DNA of 64,000 nt from an uncultured Pirellulales bacterium (GCA_964482555.1 CAYZXY010000001.1:165030-229029); one strand, 5' to 3'. Shown: positions 1-10,186, counted from the stretch's first letter. Translations and numbers: made by a program. The notes: generated from the letters alone by a model not told the origin.

Positions 1-1122
1 CAGGGTGATATCTCCGCCGGCCAGCAACGACGTCATGATTTCATCCGGGCTGAACTTGATCGGCCGATCCAGATGGCGGCCGTTGATATTGATGGCAATG
101 CTGCCGGGATTGCCCGATAGCTCAACGTTGCCGTCCAGTTGCAGGAGGTCTCCCTTGATCTTTCCGTCAAGGAACAGGTCAATCGGCTTGACGGCCTGTT
201 CTCCCCAGTCCGGCGTCTGAAGCTGAGTGACGGAGGCTTCCAGGCCGGCATCGACTTTTCCTTTTTCATAAACCGCCTTGACATTCAGATCAGCAAATCC
301 GCGAAGGGGCATATCATTGGCAAGTAGCCGGTTGACGGCTTCGAGGTTTACCGGCTCGTCAAAGCTGAACGCCGCATCGATGACGGCCCGGGCCGGATCG
401 ATTTGTCCGTTGTGCAGCAGATTGTCCGCTTTGAAGTTGCCGGAAAGGGCGCCGCCGTCGGTTGTTTTCAATGAGAGCTTCCCTTTGACATCATTAAGGG
501 AGTTGATGTCGAGCTCGCCTGAGATATCCGTCAGCTCATACGTCCGGTCCTGCTGGTTGATAAGCCTGATTTTGCCGCTGCTCAACTGGACTTTGCCGAA
601 AATTTCCAGCAGGGGCTGCTTTTTCTGCCGGGATTCGGTCGGTTGTTTCTGCTGAGGTGTGCGAGTTTTATCTTTCTTGTAACCGTTCTCTTTCTTTTCC
701 GTCGCCGGCTGTTCCCCGGTGGTTTTCTGCTCGTCAACATATACGGTCCATACGGGGCAGTCGATTTTGACAGAGCCAAATCGCATGGGGCTGGTAACGG
801 AATTCCAGACGCCGTTATCCAGCGTGACTTTTTCGACCCGGACGATTTCTCTGCCGGCAGCGTCGCTGACTTCAATGCCTGAGGCGGTGATGGGGTGAAA
901 CCATTTCAGAGTCAAATGATCGAGTTTGACGTTTGCCGACATCTTGCCGTTCACCGTATTGACCACAAACTCGCGGCCCGGACCCGATGACGCGACATAA
1001 GGCAACATCGAGACCAGCAGGACAAACACAAGGAGAACTGACAGAACAATTTTCAGCCACAGAAAACGATGTTTCTTTTGGGGATCGCTGGTTTTTGATT
1101 TTTTGGTTTGCGATTGCTTCAT
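1..1122 (-). CDS. AsmA/DUF748-like membrane-anchored protein, N-terminal part (runs off the left edge)
   Basis: Not in the ORF track because no stop lies in the window. Hand translation from ATG 1122 (GAGG upstream) is open for 374 codons: MKQSQTKKSK...HRFLWLKIVLSVLLVFVLLVSMLPYVASSGPGREFVVNTVNGKMSANVKLDHLTLKWF. One N-terminal TM followed by beta-rich sequence, typical of AsmA-like proteins. Confidence 0.7.
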   Translation of the reverse strand, partial: MKQSQTKKSKTSDPQKKHRFLWLKIVLSVLLVFVLLVSMLPYVASSGPGREFVVNTVNGKMSANVKLDHLTLKWFHPITASGIEVSDAAGREIVRVEKVTLDNGVWNSVTSPMRFGSVKIDCPVWTVYVDEQKTTGEQPATEKKENGYKKDKTRTPQQKQPTESRQKKQPLLEIFGKVQLSSGKIRLINQQDRTYELTDISGELDINSLNDVKGKLSLKTTDGGALSGNFKADNLLHNGQIDPARAVIDAAFSFDEPVNLEAVNRLLANDMPLRGFADLNVKAVYEKGKVDAGLEASVTQLQTPDWGEQAVKPIDLFLDGKIKGDLLQLDGNVELSGNPGSIAININGRHLDRPIKFSPDEIMTSLLAGGDITL

Positions 1123-1162
1123 GGCCTGACCTCTTTTTTTTCGGGAAAGCAGATTTTATTTT

Positions 1163-1266
1163 TATACTTGATCCGATGGCAAATACCCCTTTTGTCAGAA
1201 TGTAATTACGTGCGGATAAAAACATGCGCCCGGACCTGCCAGGAGCTTTCTGCTTAATTGGGTATA
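1163..1266 (+). mobile_element. 105-bp TA-flanked repeat (family 1), copy A
   Basis: TATACTTGATCCGATGGCAAATACCCCTTTTGTCAGAA...TTGGGTATA, matches the family consensus. Confidence 0.85.
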
Positions 1267-1357
1267 TGGCTGTTTTATAGATAATTATAGTCGGTGAGGC
1301 GAGAGAAGATAAGGAAAAAATAGAAAGCGTTGCCGGATGCCGTTGGAATCGGGCAAG

Positions 1358-1386
1358 ACCATCCCCTCACTTGACGCAAGGGGCTG
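1358..1386 (+). repeat. ~30-bp REP-like hairpin (family 3), copy 1
   Basis: ACCATCCCCTCACTTGACGCAAGGGGCTG; near-identical to the reverse complement of 5953-5982. Confidence 0.65.
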
Positions 1387-1401
1387 TTGATATTTCTGAC
1401 A

Positions 1402-3540
1402 TTAAAGGTACAGAATCAAAGCGGTGGCGATGGTTACAACGAACATGGTAATCATGCCCACGAGCCCCAATGTGTCCTTAAGGGAAGAAGGGACGAAGGT
1501 GAAGGGTTTGTTGACCGTTTCCAGCGAGCGAATAACGGTCTGCTGCGGTCGGGAAAAATGGGCGTAAGGATTATGGCTGGGTGCAGCCGGCTGCGGTTCC
1601 GGCTCCGGTTCGAAATCCGTCTGGCTGCTGCCTTCCAGCTCATCCATAACCAGTTGCTCGTCTTCTGAGATCGGCTCCGGCTCCGGCTCCGATTCAGGTT
1701 CAGGTTCCAGTTCCGGCTCCGGCTCCGATTCAGGTTCAGGTTCCAGTTCCGGCTCCGGCTCCAGTTCCGGCTCCGGCGTTTCAGAGTCATCATTACTGCC
1801 GTCATAAATATCAGATACATCCATATCCTCTTCAGCATCATCAGAGATGACATCTTCCAGATTTGACAAAATCTGATCCAGGTTTTCATCCGTTTTTTCG
1901 GAATCTTCGAGTTCATCTTTTTGGGTAGCCGATGGTTCGGCGGCAGAGGTATCGGGCTCATCGGCGAGGGCGGCTGGTACGAGGTCTTCTTCGTTATCAC
2001 TGTCGCTATCCTGCACCGTTTCCGTCATTGCCGGCGTTTCAGCTTCAGTTTCTTCAATAGTGTCCCGCGGTTCCGGTGTCTCGGCCGATGCGGTTTCCTG
2101 CTGCGTCTCCGGGGCGCCCTCTAATTCCTTTTCCAGACCGGCCAGCAATGCATCCATGTCTTCCGCCTGTGCTTCATTCGATTCGTCACTATCGGATGAG
2201 ACATCAGCAGTTTCCGGTTCCGATGGAATCAGGTCATCCATCGCTGCATCATTTTCCGGGGCCGATACGCGGGATGACTGCGGTGCAATATCTTCGGGTT
2301 CCGACAAAAGAGCATTCGTCTGATCACCCTTTTCTTCAGCCGGCAAGGTGTCATGTAGCGCCTTGGGAGATTTCCCGGCATCCTCCGCAGCCGGGCTGTC
2401 CTTTGCTGCGGGCTCAATAGTGTCTTCAGTAAATGCGGCTTCGTTATACACAGCTTCCGACTCTTGTTCCATTTCCTGTCTGGCGAGCGTGTCGTCTATC
2501 GATTCTTCGTCAGACGTCTCCGGCAGCGCTGAGGTTGTTTCATTATCTTCGATTGCCAGAGTCGCTTCCGGCTCGTCTGATGCTTCGGCGGTTTGCTCCA
2601 GAAGATTTTCTGGTATAATCTCGTCGGTGACTTCTTCCGTAGAATCCGCTTGCGATTGTGATTCCTCCATCTGCGTTTCGCTGGCAGCGATGAGCTCATC
2701 AACGGAAGCATTATCCTCCGTCGGTTTTTCAGCTTCATCCGTCTCGACGGTCTCGACATCAGAAATCTCGGCTATTACAGCTTCCATCCCGCCTTCGACA
2801 ACCGCTGAATCTTCAGCTTCACTGCCGACAGCCTCACCATTGAGCTCTGCTGCCAGCCCCGTCAGCATATCATCGATATTGTCCGGAGCCTCTTCTGCAA
2901 CGTCCTGCTGCTTTTGATCTCCAGACTGCCGCGCCGATTCAGTACTATCAGAATTCTCATCCGCGTTATTCTCGCGCGAATACTGAGCAACATCTTCGAG
3001 TAATTCCGTCAGGTCCTCCAGAATATCATCTTCAATAATGCCTGTCTCATTGCCGTCTGCCATAGCTGCAACGTCATCCTGGTTATTAGACACATTATCA
3101 AATGTCGCCGTCGCTTGTTCGCTGACAGCTTCTTCGGGCTCAGTTTCTGATGGAGCTGACTCCTCCGCAAACGAACCGGATATCATGCTGATTTCCTGTT
3201 CCAGCGACGCCAGCGTATCGTCCACGTTTTCGGAGTTATTCAGGTCAACATTATTATGCCGCGGTTCCTCATCGCCTTGATCTTCGAATGGTTCCTCATC
3301 GGGACCCATTTCCAAATCAACCTTATCAAGGTTTTCCACCGCTTCCGCCAGCAGTGAATCGATGTTCGCTGGATCGGATATACCCGTATCAATATCATCG
3401 CCGCCGATTTCGGACAGGGCATCATCTTCCCCTTTGGTTTCCGGAGCGGAATTATCGGCCTGGTTTTCCGGCTGATTCGAGGAAGTCGATTCTGCGTTGT
3501 TTTCGTTGTCTTTTTCTTCTCTGTTGGATTCTTCCGACAT
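1402..3540 (-). CDS. Highly acidic, probably disordered protein with a C-terminal TM anchor
   Basis: 712-aa ORF, D/E-rich throughout, with a single hydrophobic tail ([22 protein letters not shown]). Confidence 0.85.
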   Translation of the reverse strand: MSEESNREEKDNENNAESTSSNQPENQADNSAPETKGEDDALSEIGGDDIDTGISDPANIDSLLAEAVENLDKVDLEMGPDEEPFEDQGDEEPRHNNVDLNNSENVDDTLASLEQEISMISGSFAEESAPSETEPEEAVSEQATATFDNVSNNQDDVAAMADGNETGIIEDDILEDLTELLEDVAQYSRENNADENSDSTESARQSGDQKQQDVAEEAPDNIDDMLTGLAAELNGEAVGSEAEDSAVVEGGMEAVIAEISDVETVETDEAEKPTEDNASVDELIAASETQMEESQSQADSTEEVTDEIIPENLLEQTAEASDEPEATLAIEDNETTSALPETSDEESIDDTLARQEMEQESEAVYNEAAFTEDTIEPAAKDSPAAEDAGKSPKALHDTLPAEEKGDQTNALLSEPEDIAPQSSRVSAPENDAAMDDLIPSEPETADVSSDSDESNEAQAEDMDALLAGLEKELEGAPETQQETASAETPEPRDTIEETEAETPAMTETVQDSDSDNEEDLVPAALADEPDTSAAEPSATQKDELEDSEKTDENLDQILSNLEDVISDDAEEDMDVSDIYDGSNDDSETPEPELEPEPELEPEPESEPEPELEPEPESEPEPEPISEDEQLVMDELEGSSQTDFEPEPEPQPAAPSHNPYAHFSRPQQTVIRSLETVNKPFTFVPSSLKDTLGLVGMITMFVVTIATALILYL
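1673..1777. repeat. Coding hexamer array (Glu-Pro repeat) containing a 36-bp tandem duplication
   Basis: GGCTCCGGCTCCGATTCAGGTTCAGGTTCCAGTTCC twice (1679-1714, 1715-1750); encodes [12 protein letters not shown]. Confidence 0.9.
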
Positions 3541-3671
3541 AACTACGGTTGTCCTTGCACAGATTATTTACTTTTTGCGTTACGCCATGAAATATATTAC
3601 CTTAATCGGTCAAAGCGTTGTGTGAATCGACTTTTATGCGGATAAGTTGTGTTTTTTTTGCGAGAACAGGT

Positions 3672-4397
3672 ATGCAGGACGTACCACGATTTTATTGCTG
3701 TCCGATAACCTCGCCGCAAACCGGACTGCCGGACGACCAGGCTCATCATTTGTTGCATGTGCTGCGGTTAAAACCCGGCGACCGGGCGGAGGTGTTTGAC
3801 GGCCGGGGAACGCTGGCCCACGCTGTTGTGGCTGATATCGGCAAAAAGCAAGTAACGCTGGATGTGATCGAGATGTTGCCGCCGCAGCCGCCCCCCGGCC
3901 CGCGGCTGGTTATCGCCCCGGCGATTGCGAAGGGCGAACGCTTTGACTGGCTTATCGAAAAATGCACCGAACTGGGCGCCGCGGAGATATGGCCCGTTGT
4001 CTATCGGCGTTCCGTGAAAATGAGCAAAAATCCCCGTACCCGAAAACGCTGGCAGCATATCGCCGTCGCCGCCTGCAAACAAAGCCGACAACTTTTTCTG
4101 CCGCATATCGAAGAATCTTACAGTTTAGCAAATGCACTGAATAGGTTTGTTCAAGAATTACCAAATGCTGTGGTTTTGTATGGTGATCAGGCGGGAGAGC
4201 CTGTGCCCGACATTTTACCGAAGAAAACGTCGCATGTGATTGTTTTTATAGGACCCGAAGGCGGCATGACGGATGAGGAAAAATCTCTGTTGGATCAACG
4301 GCAAGCCCGACCGGTTCGGATAGCCGCCGCTGTTCTGCGGATCGAGACTGCCGCTGTTAGTTTTGCGGCTTTGCTGGCAGAAAAATATGGTCATTAA
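3672..4397 (+). CDS. rsmE: 16S rRNA m3U1498 methyltransferase RsmE
   Basis: HHLLHVLRLKPG, KGERFDWLIEKCTELG, IGPEGG, LRIETAA motifs; start placed at MQDVPRFY. Confidence 0.97.
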   Translation: MQDVPRFYCCPITSPQTGLPDDQAHHLLHVLRLKPGDRAEVFDGRGTLAHAVVADIGKKQVTLDVIEMLPPQPPPGPRLVIAPAIAKGERFDWLIEKCTELGAAEIWPVVYRRSVKMSKNPRTRKRWQHIAVAACKQSRQLFLPHIEESYSLANALNRFVQELPNAVVLYGDQAGEPVPDILPKKTSHVIVFIGPEGGMTDEEKSLLDQRQARPVRIAAAVLRIETAAVSFAALLAEKYGH

Positions 4398-4595
4398 ACT
4401 CCCGGCCGCCTGACGTTCGGCAATGATTATCCATATAAAACATACAATCTGAACAGTTCTATATAGAAAATACAAAAAAAATAGACTGCGGCAGCTAAAC
4501 CCTTGCCAATCAGCAATCATTAATATATAATCTAACCGAGGGAATAATTAGACCTAAATTACTTAAGAGTTAGAGTTATTTCAGGATGGGATGAA

Positions 4596-4721
4596 ATGGC
4601 AATACTCAGAGAAAACAGAGTAACAGTGAAATGGGACTTTTTCGTGGTTTTGAGTTGTGCCGGTCTGGCAACGGCCTTTCTCAGCATCGTCTATCTGTTA
4701 AAATATCTTGGCGAAATGTAG
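4596..4721 (+). CDS. Candidate 41-aa single-TM small protein
   Basis: Hand translation MAILRENRVTVKWDFFVVLSCAGLATAFLSIVYLLKYLGEM*; purine-rich AGGATGGGA upstream; below the ORF-track length cutoff. Confidence 0.5.
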   Translation: MAILRENRVTVKWDFFVVLSCAGLATAFLSIVYLLKYLGEM

Positions 4722-4789
4722 GCGATTTCAACTCAATGTCCTCATCACGGCAAATAACCGGATAACAGCTTCATTAAACTAATATGAGC

Positions 4790-5935
4790 TTATGAAAGCC
4801 GGCCTTTAAAGTCATCATATGTGAAACGTTTTTGCAAAAACGTTTTATTCGCAGTCGGGTCATATAGCACAATATCCGGTAAATTGATCCCGTTAAACAT
4901 GGTGTTTTTGACCATGGTGTAATGGGCCATATCGTGAAAGATCAGCTTGTCACCAATGCTTAATGGTTTCGCAAAGGAATAGTCCCCGATGACGTCGCCC
5001 GCCAGACAGGTCGGTCCGGCCAGACGATATGTGTGCCGCAGTTCTCCCGGATTGCCGGCCCCTTCGATTTGCGGACGATAGGGCATTTCCAGCACATCCG
5101 GCATGTGGGCGGCGGCCGAGGTATCCAGTATGGCGATCTCCATTTCATTTTGCACAATGTCCAGTACCGAACTGATCAGAAAGCCGGTATTCAAGGCAAT
5201 AGCCTCACCCGGTTCGAGGTAGATTTCGACGTTGTGCCGCTGCCGGAAATCGTTGATCAGCCGGCAGAGTTTATCGACATCGTAATCGGACCGGGTGATG
5301 TGATGACCGCCGCCGAAATTGAGCCATTCCATGCGCGGGATAAACTCTCCGAATTTTTCCTCGAATACGGACAGTGTTCGCTCCAGCGAGTCGGCGTTAA
5401 GCTCACACAGGGTGTGAAAATGCAGACCCGTTATGCCGTCGAGTTCATCCGGCCGGAAATGTTCGCGGATGATGCCCAGGCGCGAGCCCGGTGCGCAGGG
5501 ATCGTAAATGGCCGTTTTGACTTCAGAATGGCTTGGATTGATGCGCAGGCCGCATTCGACAGAGCGGGGGTGATTTTTCACTTTGTCACGGAATCGCCGC
5601 CACTGGCCGAAAGAATTGAAGACGATATGATCGACCTTATCCAGCAGCTCGTCGATCTCGTCGTCGCGGTATGCCGGAGCGCAAAGGTGGACTTCGCCGC
5701 CGAATTCTTCTTTACCGAGCCGGACTTCAAACAAAGCGCTGGATGTGGTGCCCGCGAGCACGCCGCTGATCTGGTCAAACACGCTCCAGGCAGCGAATCC
5801 TTTTAACGCTAATAAAATCCGGCAGCCGGTGCGTCGCTGCACCGAGTCGAGCGTCGCCAGATTTTTCCCTAAAAAGCCGCGATCGATCAGATAGCAGGGC
5901 GTGCGTAATTGATGTAAGATATTGTCGTATAGCAT
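4790..5935 (-). CDS. nspC: Carboxynorspermidine decarboxylase
   Basis: TPCYLID, LALKGF (PLP lysine), GLHFHTLCE, LNFGGGH, HMPDVLEMPYRP, YTMVKNTMFNG; the ORF track allows a TTG start at 5956. Confidence 0.95.
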   Translation of the reverse strand: MLYDNILHQLRTPCYLIDRGFLGKNLATLDSVQRRTGCRILLALKGFAAWSVFDQISGVLAGTTSSALFEVRLGKEEFGGEVHLCAPAYRDDEIDELLDKVDHIVFNSFGQWRRFRDKVKNHPRSVECGLRINPSHSEVKTAIYDPCAPGSRLGIIREHFRPDELDGITGLHFHTLCELNADSLERTLSVFEEKFGEFIPRMEWLNFGGGHHITRSDYDVDKLCRLINDFRQRHNVEIYLEPGEAIALNTGFLISSVLDIVQNEMEIAILDTSAAAHMPDVLEMPYRPQIEGAGNPGELRHTYRLAGPTCLAGDVIGDYSFAKPLSIGDKLIFHDMAHYTMVKNTMFNGINLPDIVLYDPTANKTFLQKRFTYDDFKGRLS

Positions 5936-5952
5936 ATTCTTGAACCATGCAG

Positions 5953-5982
5953 ACAACCCCTCACGCCAAGTGAAGGAATGGT
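5953..5982 (-). repeat. ~30-bp REP-like hairpin (family 3), copy 2
   Basis: Reverse complement ACCATTCCTTCACTTGGCGTGAGGGGTTGT. Confidence 0.65.
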
Positions 5983-5985
5983 ATT

Positions 5986-6090
5986 TATACTTGTTCCGAT
6001 TGCAAATACCCGTTTTGTCGGAACGTAATTATCTGCGGATAAAAAGCTTACGCCCGGCTCTGGCGGGAGCTTTCTACCCAATTGGGTATA
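5986..6090 (+). mobile_element. 105-bp repeat family 1, copy B
   Basis: TATACTTGTTCCGATTGCAAATACCCGTTTTGTCGGAACG...TACCCAATTGGGTATA. Confidence 0.92.
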
Positions 6091-6101
6091 TCTGAAATTG
6101 T

Positions 6102-6129
6102 GATCTCCCGACTTGACGCCGGGGGCTAT
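6102..6129 (+). repeat. ~30-bp REP-like hairpin (family 3), copy 3 (diverged)
   Basis: GATCTCCCGACTTGACGCCGGGGGCTAT shares the core ACTTGACGC..GGGGCT with copy 1. Confidence 0.5.
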
Positions 6130-6201
6130 CTGATTTTACCACTCATCATTGTTCGTAATTGATGGCAACGTTTACCAACACCTTAAGTCATCAACGCATA
6201 C

Positions 6202-8058
6202 TCATGCTTGCTGGCGTTTTCGTTTACCCAGCAGGACAATGTCGCGGAGGCCTTCTTTGGTTTTGGCGTTGAGCCATTGTTTTTCGAAGCCTTCTTCCTG
6301 GACGATCTGAGCGATGGCGGCCAGGCTGGTCAGATGGAACGGTCGTTCGTCTTTCGTACCAATCAGCACGAACACGGCATGAACGATTTTGTCTTCGCCA
6401 AAGACGATCCCTTCCTTGCTGCGGGCCATGAGAATATCGAAATGATGCTCCCCCTCGATAATGATATGGGGAATGGCCAGAAAAGGGCTCAGGACCGTAG
6501 AGCTGTCCCGTTCCCGCTCCATGAACAGTTCGAAAATGATCTGGCTGGGTATATGCAGATCTTTGCCCAGCTCTTCCGCGGCAATGCCGAAGAACTCTTC
6601 CATGCTTTTCGCCGATTCGATGTCGAGCACCGGACACTCCTCGATGAGATGGTCAAAACGGTCTTTCATGACATCGTCCCGCTGATGCAGAATTTCTTTC
6701 AGTTCCGTTTCGAGCTTGTGCGATGTGATTTCCTGGGCGGTGATGCGCTCAATGAGATGGAGAAGCGCATATTCGCGGCGGGTAACTTTACGGCCGAAAA
6801 ACCAGTAGAAAATAAAGCCGGCCGCTGCCAGCGAGCAACTGACAAGAATGGCTTCCCAGCCGATTCTAAACAGCAAAAAAATCAGACCGGTAATGCCGGC
6901 CATCTGCATCCATGGATACAGCGGTGTACGGAATGTCGGCCGGTAATTCTGAACCCGGCTTTCCCGCAGGATAACCACGGCCAGACTCGTAAAAATGTAT
7001 GTCAGAATCAGTACCGAGGACGCCGCCTTGACCAGCTTATGAACATCGACAAAAATCACCAGCCCGATGATAAACCCGGTAACGATAATCGACACGTGCG
7101 GCGTGTTGAATCGACTGTTGATTTTCTTCAAAACCTTCGGCAGCATTTCATCCCGGGCCAGCGCCAGCGGATAACGGGACGCGGACATGATCCCCGCGTT
7201 CGCGGAAGCGACAATGGCCAGCATGGCTCCGACACTATACAAAACCGCCCAGTTCTCACCCAGAATAACTGCCGCTGTCGTTGTGACGGGCGTTTTGTTT
7301 TCTTGCAGCTGCGGACCGAGTATCCCGATCATCACGAACATCGTCGCCAGATATATCAGCATGATCGTCACCACGGACAGAATCATCCCCAGCGGAATGA
7401 CCTGCCCCGGCTTGCGGACCTCCTCGGCAACGCTGGCGATTTTCAGCAATCCGCCGAAACTGATGAAGATAAACCCCGCTCCGGTGATAATGCCGTCGAT
7501 ACCGTGCGGATTGAAACCGGAGAAGTGGTTTACCTCAATATGAGGATAGGACCGGAAGCAGAAAAAAAGCAGTCCACTCAGCAGAATGACAACCAGAATC
7601 TCCTGCACTCTGCCGGCCTTCTTGGTGCCGAGAAGATTGAGCATAATAAACGCGGCACAAAATATCACCGCCATCGCCTGCACCGCACTCACCGGCCCCC
7701 ATTGCCCTTTCTGAAAACTCAATAACATTGCCGCGAAAGTCGCCATGAATACCAGCTCATACGCGCTTTTCAACGACAGGGACAACCAGGTGATCAGCCC
7801 GTAAACCGTGCCGGTTGCCGGTCCCATGGAACGGGTAACGTAAAAATAGTCCCCGCCGGCCTTGGGCATAGCTGAGACCAGTTCCGCCTGGCTGAGCATT
7901 CCCGTCAAGGCCAGTGTGCCCGACAGTAAATAGGCGATCAAAATAGCCGGTCCCGTCAGCGTATAAGCCAGCCCCGGCAACACAAACAGCCCCGACAGCA
8001 TCGCCCCCGTACAAATCCCGAAAACATTCAGAAGATTCAAACTTTTCTTTAATTCCAT
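6202..8058 (-). CDS. APC-family amino acid permease fused to a C-terminal PTS EIIA-like domain
   Basis: About 12 TM helices, GAMLSGLFVLPG and ELVSAMPKAGGDY motifs; C-terminal ERERDSSTVLSPFLAIPH (EIIA phospho-His motif). Confidence 0.9.
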   Translation of the reverse strand: MELKKSLNLLNVFGICTGAMLSGLFVLPGLAYTLTGPAILIAYLLSGTLALTGMLSQAELVSAMPKAGGDYFYVTRSMGPATGTVYGLITWLSLSLKSAYELVFMATFAAMLLSFQKGQWGPVSAVQAMAVIFCAAFIMLNLLGTKKAGRVQEILVVILLSGLLFFCFRSYPHIEVNHFSGFNPHGIDGIITGAGFIFISFGGLLKIASVAEEVRKPGQVIPLGMILSVVTIMLIYLATMFVMIGILGPQLQENKTPVTTTAAVILGENWAVLYSVGAMLAIVASANAGIMSASRYPLALARDEMLPKVLKKINSRFNTPHVSIIVTGFIIGLVIFVDVHKLVKAASSVLILTYIFTSLAVVILRESRVQNYRPTFRTPLYPWMQMAGITGLIFLLFRIGWEAILVSCSLAAAGFIFYWFFGRKVTRREYALLHLIERITAQEITSHKLETELKEILHQRDDVMKDRFDHLIEECPVLDIESAKSMEEFFGIAAEELGKDLHIPSQIIFELFMERERDSSTVLSPFLAIPHIIIEGEHHFDILMARSKEGIVFGEDKIVHAVFVLIGTKDERPFHLTSLAAIAQIVQEEGFEKQWLNAKTKEGLRDIVLLGKRKRQQA

Positions 8059-8463
8059 TATTCCTGCCTGAAGCTCAAAATGTGCGCCGTTTAAACAGCC
8101 TGCAAGTCAATTTTCCATTTTTCAGTTCTATTAAGATACTTTACCGGTCCATACATGAATAATTTATGCGCCATATTATCTATGAATCAGCGGAAAACAC
8201 CATTAAAATCAACGCAATTATCGAAAAAAAATAAGGATGGTTTTTTGCAAGTGTCTGGCAGGGGCGTGATTGAGTAAATTGAGTTTCGTTTTTATTACGA
8301 TTTCCGTGAGGTTTAATGCCCGGTAAACAGTGGCGGTCTGATAATTATGTAATTATTAATTCAAAATGGTTAAACCACTGACAGTAATATGCCGAAAAAT
8401 TTTATGAGCGAATGTGTGTTTATCTTTTTACGATACGGCTTATCTAATGAAAGGATGCGTCCC

Positions 8464-9882
8464 ATGTTCAAACGGGTATGGAGCATATTAAGTGTATGCC
8501 TGCTGACGTCGTTAATTGCTGGTTTCTTCTGGGTTTTGCTGGCAAGTCCGTTTACCGCGGAACAGAACAGCCGGGCATTGGGATTACTGGCAGGGGTGAA
8601 TCTGGCCGGTTACGTCTGTTATTTCTGGTCCAATAAGAAAAAAAGACGGTTGATATTTTTCCTGGAAGGATCGCTGGACGCGGTTCAGGCGCCCATAACG
8701 ACAACCGATTTGAAAATGAAATGGGTGTTTATAAATAAGGTGACTGAGAGTCTCCTGGCGCAGCATAATCTGGATAAAAAAAGCTGCCTGGGTAAACATT
8801 GTTCAAGCTGGAAGGCTGATATTTGTGAAACGGAAAATTGCGGAATCAATAGCCTGCGTTCCGGAAAACCGCGAACCTTCTACAATCAGGAATACCCGGA
8901 CCGACCGAGTACGTATATGCAGGTCGATACCAGCTATATCCATGATGACGCCGGCAAAAGAATCGGTCACGTTGAAATTGTGACCAACATCGATATGACG
9001 CAAAAACTGCTGGATACCGCCAAAGTTTTAAACAATTCTTCAGATTTATTGTTATCCAGTTCGAAGGACATGTCTGGCAATGCCAATATCATGAAGGAGC
9101 AATCGGCGACCGTGGAACAATCCTTCAAACAAATGGACCAGACCATGAACATGATCGCTTCGTCCAGTGAAGAGATGTCGGCAAGCATTAAGACAGTGGC
9201 GACATCTATCGAAGAAATGACATCCAGCATATCCGAGGTCGCCAAAAACGCTGAACAAGCGGCCAGCGTTGCCGGCAAAGCGGCCAGCCTGGCGGAAACG
9301 AGCAATGATAAAGTCGGTCAACTGGGACAGGCCGCGGATGAGATAGGCAAAGTCATTGAGGTCATTCAGAATATTGCGGAGCAGACGAATCTGCTGGCCT
9401 TGAATGCCACGATTGAGGCCGCCCGTGCGGGAGATGCAGGTAAAGGCTTTGCAGTTGTGGCCAACGAGGTGAAAGAACTGGCCCGGCAGACCGCGGAATC
9501 CACCGAAAACATCAGTAAACGCATTCGGGCTATTCAGGATACGAGCGGAGAAACGGTTGCAGTTATCGGAGAAATCGGCGGCGTGATCAATAATGTCAAT
9601 GATGTCTCCAAGACAATCGCTTCGGCGGTCGAGGAACAGAGCATCACCACCAGAGAAATTGCCCAGAATATTACCCAGGTTATGGGTGAAACGGAATCGG
9701 TCACAAAGAACATCAGCGAAACAGCCTCCATGGCCAGAACCATCTCTGACAATATCTCGAAAACCAGTAAACTGGCGGAACAGACGGCTGAAAAAGCTGA
9801 TGACACATCAAATGCCAGTGCCCAACTGGTTAAAATGAAAGACACGCTGAATCATCTCGTGACACAAATGGAATCATCATAA
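8464..9882 (+). CDS. Methyl-accepting chemotaxis protein with a PAS-like domain
   Basis: [37 protein letters not shown] signature; two N-terminal TMs; start after the AAGGA RBS (the track start is 8389). Confidence 0.95.
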   Translation: MFKRVWSILSVCLLTSLIAGFFWVLLASPFTAEQNSRALGLLAGVNLAGYVCYFWSNKKKRRLIFFLEGSLDAVQAPITTTDLKMKWVFINKVTESLLAQHNLDKKSCLGKHCSSWKADICETENCGINSLRSGKPRTFYNQEYPDRPSTYMQVDTSYIHDDAGKRIGHVEIVTNIDMTQKLLDTAKVLNNSSDLLLSSSKDMSGNANIMKEQSATVEQSFKQMDQTMNMIASSSEEMSASIKTVATSIEEMTSSISEVAKNAEQAASVAGKAASLAETSNDKVGQLGQAADEIGKVIEVIQNIAEQTNLLALNATIEAARAGDAGKGFAVVANEVKELARQTAESTENISKRIRAIQDTSGETVAVIGEIGGVINNVNDVSKTIASAVEEQSITTREIAQNITQVMGETESVTKNISETASMARTISDNISKTSKLAEQTAEKADDTSNASAQLVKMKDTLNHLVTQMESS

Positions 9883-9924
9883 TCTGTCACCGGGGTATTC
9901 CGACCCATGAGTGCCGAGTAAAAA

Positions 9925-10029
9925 TATACTCGTTCCGATTGAAAATTCCCGTTTTGTCAAAACGTAACTGTCTGCGGGCAAAGCCTTTACGACTGGCCCT
10001 GGCGGGAATTCTCATACCCTTTGGGTATA
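9925..10029 (+). mobile_element. 105-bp repeat family 1, copy C (subfamily with G and K)
   Basis: TATACTCGTTCCGATTGAAAATTCCCGTTTTG...GGAATTCTCATACCCTTTGGGTATA. Confidence 0.9.
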
Positions 10030-10109
10030 AACGCCGTGTTCGCATGGTCCACAGCGACAAACAGCCCCCAATAACAATCATGGAATTGCATCGTGGGTGT
10101 CAAATTGGA

Positions 10110-10141
10110 ACCATCCCCTCGCGTAAAGCGAGGGGGTGGTT
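10110..10141. repeat. REP-like palindrome (family 3, copy 4), possible bidirectional terminator
   Basis: AACCATCCCCTCGC-GTAAA-GCGAGGGGGTGGTT, 14-bp stem, between convergent genes. Confidence 0.6.
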
Positions 10142-10146
10142 TTGAC

Positions 10147-10186
10147 AAAAAAAGGCCGGGTCGAAGCCCTTGCTTCAATCCCGGCC
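10147..10186 (-). terminator. Intrinsic terminator downstream of the fasciclin gene
   Basis: GGCCGGG..GAAGC/GCTTC..CCCGGCC hairpin followed on the minus strand by 7 T. Confidence 0.65.

Noticed and set aside
6208-7725. Long antisense or alternate-frame ORFs (also 5033-5806, 12930-13901, 16613-17554, 35773-37323, 45651-46727, 48485-49657, 55978-56937, 57887-58879)
   Set aside because: They are shadows of well-supported genes on the opposite strand, common in GC-rich DNA, and show no recognisable motifs.
9887-10178. Short ORFs across repeat copies (also 872-1225, 5887-6081, 33626-33841, 48195-48463)
   Set aside because: They are read through the 105-bp element and give the same pseudo-peptide (e.g. 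KIPVLSKRN...) at unrelated loci.
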